DNA of 64,000 nt, taken from assembly GCA_963662655.2 (NCBI GenBank), contig CAXXTU010000002.1, positions 3,232,001 through 3,296,000 on the forward strand, written 5' to 3'. Both the position numbers and the translations under genes were made by a program. Below the pieces are notes generated by a model. The model searched no databases and was not told where the DNA came from. It saw only the letters and a program-made list of their open reading frames with translations. Shown here piece by piece: positions 47,017 through 55,545 of the stretch (the first letter of the stretch is position 1; every line of letters begins with the position of its first letter). The stretch is from Candidatus Cloacimonadales bacterium (GTDB lineage: Bacteria > Cloacimonadota > Cloacimonadia > Cloacimonadales > JAIOQZ01).

Positions 47017-47700
47017 ATGAAATACATTCCAATCGTAATACTGGTCGCAATCATCCTTTGTTCCTGCGGCTTCGATCATTCAACGTCTCCCGATCTCGAT
47101 TCGGCGGAGAACGTTGCGTGCGATTATCGCATCTCGTTCGTAATGCCACTGGTGCTTCCCTGCGGTACATACGAGCAGGATTATGTTTCGGTGACAGGCT
47201 CGCTGGGAGTATTGTACTCGTGCGAAGTATGGGTCGATAGCAACCTGGTTGTTAGCGGAAACAGCGATGTGCCGGTAACATCTTTCACCGGTTACATGAA
47301 CATCCGCCCCGGGCAGACGTATCACGTCCGGGCAAGGATCAACGATGTGATCCAGGAAACGTTCGATTTCACGATCCCCTTCCATCCTTATACTCACTGC
47401 CCTGAATCGTACCCGCCGGGAGAGGATCAAACAGTTATCTGGTACTTGTCCCAAAGCTCCATGCGCCAGTACATTCTGTTCAATTCGGTCGATTATGGGA
47501 ACGGCATGTATCCTTATGGCTCGGAAATAGCGCTCGATCCCAATTTAAGGTCTTATACGATGCGCAGCGATGTTTTCAGATTGCCCGAGCATCCCTGGAT
47601 GTATATATTCTTCGGGCAGGAAAACTGGGAAGTGAAGAACGGCGTAATGCTATACGCTTTAACAGAATCTTGCGAGTACTACTCGCCGGAGATAGAGTGA
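47017..47700 (+). CDS. Hypothetical lipoprotein, paralog 1 of tandem family
   Basis: GAGGAGG RBS; ILCSC lipobox; PGQTYHV..IND, W.L, Q, RSYT, QENW shared motifs. Confidence 0.75.
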   Translation: MKYIPIVILVAIILCSCGFDHSTSPDLDSAENVACDYRISFVMPLVLPCGTYEQDYVSVTGSLGVLYSCEVWVDSNLVVSGNSDVPVTSFTGYMNIRPGQTYHVRARINDVIQETFDFTIPFHPYTHCPESYPPGEDQTVIWYLSQSSMRQYILFNSVDYGNGMYPYGSEIALDPNLRSYTMRSDVFRLPEHPWMYIFFGQENWEVKNGVMLYALTESCEYYSPEIE

Positions 47701-48464
47701 TGAAAGTCCTTACGATATCCCTGATAACACTGATTCTCCTTGCCGCGCTGGCTTCGTGCAATCTGCTCGACAGCGATGGCAGTGGGAACGGCTCAGACAT
47801 CGTAAAAATCCCATACGACGAGAATACCCGCTACATTGTGACAGTGAGTCCGGAGTGGGGATTGATCAGTGTGATTTCCGATACGGATGTCCCGGTCGAT
47901 ACGGTTGTTGTTCTGGTGGACGGGCATATCATTGAAAATGTGGATGCGGATGACGGCAATCTTGTTCGCTTTGCCGGTTTCTACTCCTTCGAGCAGGATG
48001 AGACCTACCATATCGATGTAACAATTGATGGGGTATACCATGAATCGGCGGACGTCAGAATGGTTTGCGTGCCTGAGATCGCTGCCCCTGAAGCGATTCA
48101 AGATAACGTCGATACGGAGGTGAGCTGGAGCCTCGAGCAAGATGCTGTATCGCAGATTATTCTATTCAACCACTATCCGGGTGGCGACATCCAGGAAGAG
48201 CCGGAATTGTATTACACCTATATACCACCTTCGCAGAGAAGTTTTGCGCTGGCTGCGGAAGAATTCAGCTTCACGGACGAATCCATCCTTCACATTGATC
48301 TGGAGGAGTATAACTGGTCGGTGCACGGCGTGTTCAGGTTTATGAGTTTTAGCAACGTTCAGAGAGATGTTGGAACTCGTGATCAATCCAGGCATTTGGA
48401 TCCATTGGATTTTGATAAGTTCGCGCGTGCAATTTTGACCGGAGTGTTAACGAGTGATAAATGA
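47700..48464 (+). CDS. Hypothetical lipoprotein, paralog 2
   Basis: TGATG overlap; LASC lipobox; ETYHI, SWSLEQDA.SQ, PPSQRSF, EEYNW. Confidence 0.78.
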   Translation: MKVLTISLITLILLAALASCNLLDSDGSGNGSDIVKIPYDENTRYIVTVSPEWGLISVISDTDVPVDTVVVLVDGHIIENVDADDGNLVRFAGFYSFEQDETYHIDVTIDGVYHESADVRMVCVPEIAAPEAIQDNVDTEVSWSLEQDAVSQIILFNHYPGGDIQEEPELYYTYIPPSQRSFALAAEEFSFTDESILHIDLEEYNWSVHGVFRFMSFSNVQRDVGTRDQSRHLDPLDFDKFARAILTGVLTSDK

Positions 48465-48583
48465 TTGTGGAAATCACCGGAAAACCGTATTAAAATTGAT
48501 TGACGGTAGATATCCCAATGAATAGACTTCGTATCATCAATGAATAGCCGTTCATTCCGAAAGGGGAATATACAAGGAGAACC

Positions 48584-49333
48584 ATGAAACGCTACACCAT
48601 TCATGCTGGCTTAGCCGTACTCGCAATATTGCTTCTGGCGTCCTGTAACCCATTTGATTGCAGCGGATCCGGCGATGATCTGGGCTATTATCGTTTTCAT
48701 TTTTCCGCTACTTGCTATGACGATACGACTGGTAGTGCAGGGGTAATCGTCTTTGAGGAAAGTGATTCGGTAGAGACAATCCGGTTGTTTGTCGATGGGA
48801 TAGAGATGCCTGTTGAAGAGCAATTCGGTGAATATGTTTACACATATTCATTTCATGCGGTTCCAGGTGAAACGATTGACTATCGAATTCTATTCAACGA
48901 TGAGAGGCAATACTCCGCAACACTGGAAATGCCATACATTCCATCCGTTGATTTCCCTGAAACATGGGACGGCCAGACGGATGAGTTACTGACGTGGGAG
49001 CTGGAAAGAAACACCCAGTCACAGTTCTTCTGGGTTTTCGGCCCTGACGATGACAACACCGGTGCATACTATTACCTCACACCTTCGGAAAGGCAATTCG
49101 CCATGTCGGCGGGATTTCATGGGTATGAAGGACTGGAAGATCAGACTCTGAGGTTGTATTTGTATAATCAGAATGTGACTTACATCTTTGATAATCCGTT
49201 TATAGCCTATTCGCGAATTCACCGGAGATATAAACAAGAAGAGTCTTCGTCTTCAGAAGACGATTTTATGGAAATGTATGACTTTCATCAGCGCATGATG
49301 GGGCAGATGCTCGAAGCGATGCAGCCTAGATGA
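48584..49333 (+). CDS. Hypothetical lipoprotein, paralog 3
   Basis: AAGGAG RBS; LASC; FPETWDGQ, TWELE..QSQ, PSERQF, AGFHG. Confidence 0.78.
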   Translation: MKRYTIHAGLAVLAILLLASCNPFDCSGSGDDLGYYRFHFSATCYDDTTGSAGVIVFEESDSVETIRLFVDGIEMPVEEQFGEYVYTYSFHAVPGETIDYRILFNDERQYSATLEMPYIPSVDFPETWDGQTDELLTWELERNTQSQFFWVFGPDDDNTGAYYYLTPSERQFAMSAGFHGYEGLEDQTLRLYLYNQNVTYIFDNPFIAYSRIHRRYKQEESSSSEDDFMEMYDFHQRMMGQMLEAMQPR

Positions 49334-49349
49334 TAACGGAGGAGTTATT

Positions 49350-50672
49350 ATGAAACGTTTTTTGATTGGATTACTGGTTATTGCACTGACGCTAGTCATG
49401 TTCGTTTCCTGCGAATCGGACGATGACGATAAAGATACGGGTTTGACACAACCGCCGGGCGAGGGCGAGTGTATGTTCAGCCTGACGGCATTTGCGGACG
49501 GTCGCACGGGGTCCGTTTATGTGAGCGGCTGGGATGAAGCGATTACCTCCGTCGCATTGTTGATTGACGATGAGGAAGTCGTCCTTGCTGGAGATGAAGA
49601 GGTTTGGGGAGCGGATTACGATTTTGAGCCGGGAGCGACCTATGCATTCGACCTAACGGTGAACGAGACCTATCATCAGACTGCGAATCTTGTAATTCCC
49701 CATATACCAAACGTGAATTTCCCAGAGACCTGGGATGGGCAATCGGAGTGCGAAATTTCGTGGACGCTGGCTTCGAATGCGCAGAGTCAATTGTGGTATT
49801 TCTATGGCCCGGATGAAGTCGAGAATTCCGAGGATTATGCTCCTGAGTATATCAGCCCCTCTCAGAGAACCTATACCTTATCGGGAGGTTTTCACGGTTT
49901 TACAGGTGAAGCGGGACAAGAACTTCGACTCACGCTGGAGGAAGAGAACTGGACATTGAGGGACGACATTCTGTTCCTTGCCTACAGTAGCGATTATGCC
50001 TCATACTTTGTGGAGGACGAACCGGTCGATCAGCCTCCGACAGAGGATTGGCGATATGGCATTACTACCGCCTACTACAGTGGAAGAGAAGGCTTCATCT
50101 ACGTATATGCGCTCGACATGGACGACATCATCGAATCGTGTTCACTGACAATCAATGGTGAAGCAATTGCGATGACATATAACACGGAATACAACGAGTG
50201 GTGGGGAGATTATGCTGTCGAGGAGGGCGCGACATACACGTTCAACCTCGATATCAACAACGGCGCATACAGCCAGGAGGCAGAGCTTGCCGTTCCGTAC
50301 GTTGCCGTGCCGACGTACGACGAGACCTGGGACGGGCAATCGGTTTATAATCTTACCTGGGAGCTCGATCAGGATTCCGATGCGCAGTCGCTCTTCATCT
50401 TTGGTCCCGATGACGAGGCCACGAGGTCGATCTACATCCTCTCGATGCTCCGGGCTTACCTTCTGCTCGCAGGAATTCACGGATATGACAATCCCGACGT
50501 GGAGGGGCTGAGCGTGTCGATCGATCAGGAAAACTACCTTCTCGCCGGTCAGCTTCTATTCATCACATATACATACGCGGAGGCATACTTCGGAACCTAC
50601 GGCGGATACGACAGGGAGAATGATCGGGAATGCGCTCGCAGAATAACACATCAGGTGATACAGCGAATCTGA
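49350..50672 (+). CDS. Hypothetical lipoprotein, paralog 4 (two tandem domain copies)
   Basis: FVSC lipobox; GATY.F.L..N and ETWDGQS each occur twice. Confidence 0.8.
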   Translation: MKRFLIGLLVIALTLVMFVSCESDDDDKDTGLTQPPGEGECMFSLTAFADGRTGSVYVSGWDEAITSVALLIDDEEVVLAGDEEVWGADYDFEPGATYAFDLTVNETYHQTANLVIPHIPNVNFPETWDGQSECEISWTLASNAQSQLWYFYGPDEVENSEDYAPEYISPSQRTYTLSGGFHGFTGEAGQELRLTLEEENWTLRDDILFLAYSSDYASYFVEDEPVDQPPTEDWRYGITTAYYSGREGFIYVYALDMDDIIESCSLTINGEAIAMTYNTEYNEWWGDYAVEEGATYTFNLDINNGAYSQEAELAVPYVAVPTYDETWDGQSVYNLTWELDQDSDAQSLFIFGPDDEATRSIYILSMLRAYLLLAGIHGYDNPDVEGLSVSIDQENYLLAGQLLFITYTYAEAYFGTYGGYDRENDRECARRITHQVIQRI

Positions 50673-50698
50673 AATAAATAAGAAAAGGAGAGTTTACT

Positions 50699-50953
50699 AT
50701 GGCAGATCGTGAAGAAATCAAAGAAGTCGTATTGGAATACGTAATCGATGAATATGTAGAGGACGACGACGATGAAGTGACCTTCGATTCACCGCTGATT
50801 TCCGGCGGACTGGTCGATTCGTTCTCGATGGTCTCTCTCAAGCGCTTTCTGGAGAACAAGTACAAGATCAGTCTTCCGGATGAGGAAGCGACTCCGGAAG
50901 CCTTCGACAGCGTAAACAGTATTGCCGACCTGGTGCTCAAACACCTGGGTTGA
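50699..50953 (+). CDS. Acyl/aminoacyl carrier protein
   Basis: 84 aa, acidic, GLVDSFSMV phosphopantetheine-Ser motif, FDSVNSIA; AAGGAG RBS. Confidence 0.88.
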   Translation: MADREEIKEVVLEYVIDEYVEDDDDEVTFDSPLISGGLVDSFSMVSLKRFLENKYKISLPDEEATPEAFDSVNSIADLVLKHLG

Positions 50954-50965
50954 GTTCATGTTGGG

Positions 50966-51000
50966 CCGGTCGGGGAGCAATCTCCGGCCGGTATCGTTTT
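50966..51000 (+). terminator. Hairpin/terminator after the carrier protein gene
   Basis: CCGGTCGGGGA-GCAA-TCTCCGGCCGG then TATCGTTTT. Confidence 0.55.
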
Positions 51001-51179
51001 ATCGCTGTGTGATCCCCGCCCGTGCGATCGAATAGACGTCCCCGCAATTTCGACGTTTTGTAATGGGATTTGCGGGAGAAAAAATTGACAAATCCCATTC
51101 CAAAAGTCTAAATTGCGGTTCCCACCCACCCGGAAAAAAAGATCGCCCGGGAGGGGATCACACAGCAATGCAACGACAC
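50991..51179. ncRNA. ~190-nt rod-like palindrome with central bubble (6S RNA-like candidate or MITE-like element)
   Basis: GCTGTGTGATCCCC (51004-17) pairs perfectly with 51153-66; CCGCAATTT/AAATTGCGG and AATGGGATTTG/CAAATCCCATT form inner stems; unpaired bubble in between. Confidence 0.4.
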
Positions 51180-51202
51180 AATAATCAATAAAGGAGTTTA
51201 TT

Positions 51203-52450
51203 ATGGCTTACAGCGACAAAGTTAAGCAAGTCTATCTGGATACCCTTCAGGGCATCGAGGACAAGGGGATATTCAAGCAAGAGCGGTTTATCCACTCACC
51301 GCAGGCGGCGGATATCGAGGTGGAATTCCCGACCGGTTCGAGCCTGAAGAAGGTGATCAACATGTGCGCGAACAACTACCTGGGACTCTCCAGTCACCCG
51401 GACGTGATCCAGGCAGCTCACGAGGGACTGGACACGCGCGGCTACGGCATGTCGTCCGTTCGCTTCATCTGCGGAACGCAGGACATCCATAACAAGCTCG
51501 AGAGCATGGTGACCGAATTCCTCGGGACCGAGGACACGATCCTGTTCCCGTCCTGCATGGACGCGAACGCCGGCGTATTTGAAGCGATCCTCACCGAAGA
51601 GGACGTGATGATCTCCGACCGCCTGGTGCATGCTTCGATCATCGACGGAATTCGCCTGGCTCCGGCCATGCACGACACCTTCAAGCACTCCGACATGAAG
51701 CACCTCGAGAAAAAGCTCATCCTCCACGGCGACAAGCGCCTGAAAGTGGTCATTACCGACGGTGTTTTCTCCATGGACGGCGATACCGCGAAGCTCGACG
51801 AGATGGTCGCGCTCTGCGAGAAGTACGACGCCATGTTGTTCGTTGACGACTCCCATTCGACCGGCTTCATCGGCAAGACGGGGCGCGGAACGCACGAGAA
51901 ATGCGGCGTGATGGGCAAGATCGATATCATCACGACCACCTTCGGCAAGGCTCTGGGCGGCGCGTCCGGCGGATGCGTCTCGGGTCGCAAGGAAATCGTG
52001 GAGATGTGTCGCCAGAAGGCGCGTCCTTATCTCTTCTCGAACACCATCGCTCCGGTCGTGGTTTCCGGCGTGCTCAAGGTTCTGGAAATCCTCTCCAAAA
52101 CAACCGAACGCCGCGACAAGCTGGAAGCAAATACCGAATACTGGCGTAAAGGACTGGAAGACGCAGGATTCGTTCTTCAGCCCGGCGATACGCCCATCGT
52201 TCCGGTGATGCTCTTCAACGCCAAGCTCTCGCAAGACTTCTCGCGCGATCTGTACGACGAAGGCATCTACGCGATCGGCTTCTTCTTCCCGGTGGTGCCG
52301 CAAGGGAAAGCGCGTATCCGCACGCAGATTTCCGCAGCGCACGACCGTGAACACCTCGACAAAGCGCTGGAAGCATTCATCAAAGTCGGTAAGAAATACG
52401 AAATCCTCGGATTGACCAAGCAAGAAATCATCGATAAATACGGACTGTAG
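51203..52450 (+). CDS. kbl: Glycine C-acetyltransferase (2-amino-3-ketobutyrate CoA ligase)
   Basis: CANNYLGLS, SSVRFICGTQ, TDGVFSMDG, DDSH, TFGKALGGASGG (PLP Lys), RPYLFSN, ARIRTQISAAH. Confidence 0.9.
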   Translation: MAYSDKVKQVYLDTLQGIEDKGIFKQERFIHSPQAADIEVEFPTGSSLKKVINMCANNYLGLSSHPDVIQAAHEGLDTRGYGMSSVRFICGTQDIHNKLESMVTEFLGTEDTILFPSCMDANAGVFEAILTEEDVMISDRLVHASIIDGIRLAPAMHDTFKHSDMKHLEKKLILHGDKRLKVVITDGVFSMDGDTAKLDEMVALCEKYDAMLFVDDSHSTGFIGKTGRGTHEKCGVMGKIDIITTTFGKALGGASGGCVSGRKEIVEMCRQKARPYLFSNTIAPVVVSGVLKVLEILSKTTERRDKLEANTEYWRKGLEDAGFVLQPGDTPIVPVMLFNAKLSQDFSRDLYDEGIYAIGFFFPVVPQGKARIRTQISAAHDREHLDKALEAFIKVGKKYEILGLTKQEIIDKYGL

Positions 52451-52457
52451 AGTCGGA

Positions 52458-53726
52458 GTGATGATGCAGGAGAACAAAGGAAATCGCTGGCTGGTAGTAT
52501 TCGGAGCGATTCTCATCCAGCTCTGCCTGGGCGCGATCTACGCGTGGTCTGTCTTCACGCCGTATCTGACGAAGGCGATCGCGGAGGGAGGCCCCGGCTG
52601 GAGCAAGGTCCAGACGCAGATCGTGTTCTCGGTCGGCCTGGTGAGCTTCGCGTTGGTCATGGTACTGGCGGGAAAGAAGCTCGGTAAGATCGGGCCGCGT
52701 CGTCTCTCCATCATCTCTGCCATCACGATGGGGCTCGGATATGTCCTCGGGGGACTCTTTGGAGGTACCTCATTCTGGCCAATCCTGATCTTCGTTGGGT
52801 TGATCGGCGGCGGCGGTATCGGTATCAGCTATGTGGTGCCGATCGCGGTCGGAATCCGCTGGTTCCCGGATAAAAAGGGACTCATCAGCGGGTTGGCCGT
52901 GGCAGGATTCGGATTCGGCGCTATGATATGGGTCAAGCTCGCCGGCGAGTGGGGACACCTGATCGATAACTACAGCATTTCAACGACATTCATCGTCTAT
53001 GGCATATCGTTCGCGGTACTGATTCTGATCGGAAGTATATGGATGGTTTTCCCGAAGGAAGAGAAGGAATCCCCGGGTGCGAAGAAGGCGGCGAACAAGG
53101 CTGCGGTCTCCGTCGTGGCGGATATCCAGAGCGGCGCGATGCTTCGAACCCTGCCGTTCTACCTGATCTTCCTCGTCTTCGTGTTCAACGCGATGGCGGG
53201 ACTGATGTCGATCGGCCTGATGAAGCTCTATCCCATGGAAGCGCTAAGAAACGCCGGCCTGGACGATATCGCCGCGAAGGCGATATCCGGTACCGCGATG
53301 GCGGTGTTCTTCAGCCTGGCGAACGGGCTGGGACGCATCCTTTGGGGTATCTTCAGCGACAAGCTCAAACGCAAGCCGTCCATCATCATCATGGCCGCCA
53401 CGCAGGGCGCGTTCATGCTGCTGTTCCCCTACATGGCCGGAACACCGTGGATGCTCTACCTCGCGGCGACGCTGATCGGATTCAACTACGGCGGCGCGTT
53501 CGCGCTGTTCCCGACGATCACGGCGGACACCTTCGGATCGAAATTCGTGGGTGAAAACTACCCCTTTGTCTTCCTCGCCTACGGCGTGGGCGGCATCTTT
53601 GGGCCGATCCTGGGGGGCGTTCTCGGCGATATGGGCAATTTTCCGCTGGCATTCTCGATCTGCGGGATTCTCTGCCTCATCAGCGCCGCTATGACAATCA
53701 AGATCAATCCGCCAAGCCATGCATAA
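52458..53726 (+). CDS. MFS transporter, oxalate:formate antiporter (OFA) family
   Basis: LGAIYAWSVF, WFPDKKGLISGLAVAGFGFG, NGLGRILWG..SD; about 12 TM segments. Confidence 0.9.
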   Translation: MMMQENKGNRWLVVFGAILIQLCLGAIYAWSVFTPYLTKAIAEGGPGWSKVQTQIVFSVGLVSFALVMVLAGKKLGKIGPRRLSIISAITMGLGYVLGGLFGGTSFWPILIFVGLIGGGGIGISYVVPIAVGIRWFPDKKGLISGLAVAGFGFGAMIWVKLAGEWGHLIDNYSISTTFIVYGISFAVLILIGSIWMVFPKEEKESPGAKKAANKAAVSVVADIQSGAMLRTLPFYLIFLVFVFNAMAGLMSIGLMKLYPMEALRNAGLDDIAAKAISGTAMAVFFSLANGLGRILWGIFSDKLKRKPSIIIMAATQGAFMLLFPYMAGTPWMLYLAATLIGFNYGGAFALFPTITADTFGSKFVGENYPFVFLAYGVGGIFGPILGGVLGDMGNFPLAFSICGILCLISAAMTIKINPPSHA

Positions 53727-54543
53727 GGATACGGGAATACTCTATCTGGTTCCCACGCCTGTCGGGAACCTGGACGATATGACTTTTCGCGCGGTGGAGA
53801 CGTTGAAAAGCGTCTCCACCATCGCGTGCGAAGATACACGAACCTCCCAGAAGCTGCTGCGGCACTACGAGATCGAAACGCCTGTAATCAGTTATCACAA
53901 GTTCAACGAGAAACAGCGCTCGGAGCAGTTGATCAGAAAACTGCTGGAAGGCAAGGACATTGCAGTCATCACCGACGCGGGAAGCCCGGGAATATCCGAT
54001 CCCGCACAGACGATTGTCCAGGCTGCGCGGGGCGAGAAGATACAGGTTGTCGCGCTCCCGGGTGCCACCGCGGTCATCCCGGCTGTTACGGCGAGTGGAT
54101 TGGATTGCGATCGTTTCCTTTTTGCCGGCTTCCTTCCGGACAAGTTGAAGGATCGTGAAGCCCTGATCGCCGAAATCGAGTATATGAAGGGAACGCTGGT
54201 TTTCTACGAGGCTCCGCACCGGATCGATAGGACCCTGGCGTATCTTCTCGATAAGCTGGGGGATCGCAAAGCGGTAATCGCGCGGGAAATAAGCAAGATT
54301 CACGAGGAATACGTGCGGGGGCGTATTTCCGATCTGATCGGCAGCGACTACGTGCGCAAAGGCGAGATGGTTCTTGTGGTGGAAGGCTGTCATGAGAGGA
54401 CCGTCACGGATGAATATATTAAAGAAGAATTATTGAAAAAGCTGGACACGGGCGTCTCGTTGAAGCAAGCTGTCAAAGACGTTGTGTCATTGACCGGTTC
54501 ACCCCGGAACCACGTCTATGAGATTGGCTTGAAATTGAAGTAA
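53719..54543 (+). CDS. rsmI: 16S rRNA (cytidine1402-2'-O)-methyltransferase
   Basis: LYLVPTPVGNLDD, ACEDTR, DAGSPGISDP, FYEAPHR, REISKIHEE. Confidence 0.95.
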   Translation: MHKDTGILYLVPTPVGNLDDMTFRAVETLKSVSTIACEDTRTSQKLLRHYEIETPVISYHKFNEKQRSEQLIRKLLEGKDIAVITDAGSPGISDPAQTIVQAARGEKIQVVALPGATAVIPAVTASGLDCDRFLFAGFLPDKLKDREALIAEIEYMKGTLVFYEAPHRIDRTLAYLLDKLGDRKAVIAREISKIHEEYVRGRISDLIGSDYVRKGEMVLVVEGCHERTVTDEYIKEELLKKLDTGVSLKQAVKDVVSLTGSPRNHVYEIGLKLK

Positions 54544-54557
54544 AAAAAGGAGTTTTT

Positions 54558-55364
54558 GTGAAGGGATATAAAAGATTGAAAAGTATCATGTATGTCGTTA
54601 TTCTAATATGTCTGTTGCCGTTTCTGGTTCAATGCGAAGACAGCGATTCGGATTCCGGTCCCCGTTCCTACCAATTCCCACTGAAAGCCGGATCATCCTG
54701 GACCTACCGGTGTTGTTTCACTGTTCCGGATTCATACGATCACACGGTTATCGATACGCTGGAAGTTATGTATTATCTTACCGCCGATACCACAGCGGTT
54801 TCACCGGATAATGTGGAATCGATCGGCATCCTTTGGGACGACGAATCCGAACAGGGTCCTTATGGAAGAGATTTTCTGGCAAACATGGATGACGGCTTGC
54901 ACCTCATGGGAACACAGGTAAATGGCGGAATAATCTTACAAACGCCATCTGTCCAGAGACTCCGGGCGATGCTTTTTGATCCGCAATCGAGATCCATTAA
55001 CGATTGGACGCTGGAGTGGTACGACAACGGCGAAACGAACCTGTTGATCCCCTATCCGCCGGTAGCAAACAACGAGTGGACCTTCTTCCCGGGTGACGAC
55101 TGGACGCCCAGCTATCACATGCTCATCGGATGGGACACCGTGGAAGTTCCCGCGGGGGATTACTCCTGCCTGCATAAGCGAATCAGAATGCCTGCAGACG
55201 TGGGTGAGTACAATGTTTATGATTATTACTACGGCGATCCCGGAGTCGTTTACGCGTACTTCGATATGGGAACGCAGACCATAACGAATGAGGATGGTGA
55301 GGAATTGGGCGAATACGATTCCTGGATGACCTACGAATTGATCGAGTATATTCCGGGAGAATAA
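54558..55364 (+). CDS. Hypothetical lipoprotein
   Basis: AAGGAG RBS; LVQC followed by acidic EDSDSD; FPLKAGSSWTY and VEVPAGDY motifs. Confidence 0.72.
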   Translation: MKGYKRLKSIMYVVILICLLPFLVQCEDSDSDSGPRSYQFPLKAGSSWTYRCCFTVPDSYDHTVIDTLEVMYYLTADTTAVSPDNVESIGILWDDESEQGPYGRDFLANMDDGLHLMGTQVNGGIILQTPSVQRLRAMLFDPQSRSINDWTLEWYDNGETNLLIPYPPVANNEWTFFPGDDWTPSYHMLIGWDTVEVPAGDYSCLHKRIRMPADVGEYNVYDYYYGDPGVVYAYFDMGTQTITNEDGEELGEYDSWMTYELIEYIPGE

Positions 55365-55410
55365 CGAACAAGACGAGTGGATGAATTCCGCCTTCATAAA
55401 CTTCCGCAGG

Positions 55411-55439
55411 AGCCCGTTCCATTGAACGGGCTTTTTTTT
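55411..55439 (+). terminator. Intrinsic terminator
   Basis: AGCCCGTTC-CATT-GAACGGGCT-TTTTTTT. Confidence 0.8.
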
Positions 55440-55545
55440 AAGGCAAGCTCCTGGATATATTTGTTGTAACAAATATTTAATTGCGTGTTACATAAACGGA
55501 AGCCAATTAATTTTTATATTCACAAATAACGAATCGGAGGGATTC

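Noticed and set aside
46900..50698. Integron cassette array for the lipoproteins
   Set aside because: No attC-like repeats or integrase; the genes overlap or abut and are paralogous
51203..52450. Serine palmitoyltransferase / sphingolipid locus interpretation
   Set aside because: The SSVRFICGTQ and RPYLFSN motifs fit Kbl, the SDR has the Tdh GGGTTDY signature, and the ligase is acetate-type; kept only as an analogy
51296..52516. 406-aa - strand ORF
   Set aside because: Antisense shadow of kbl
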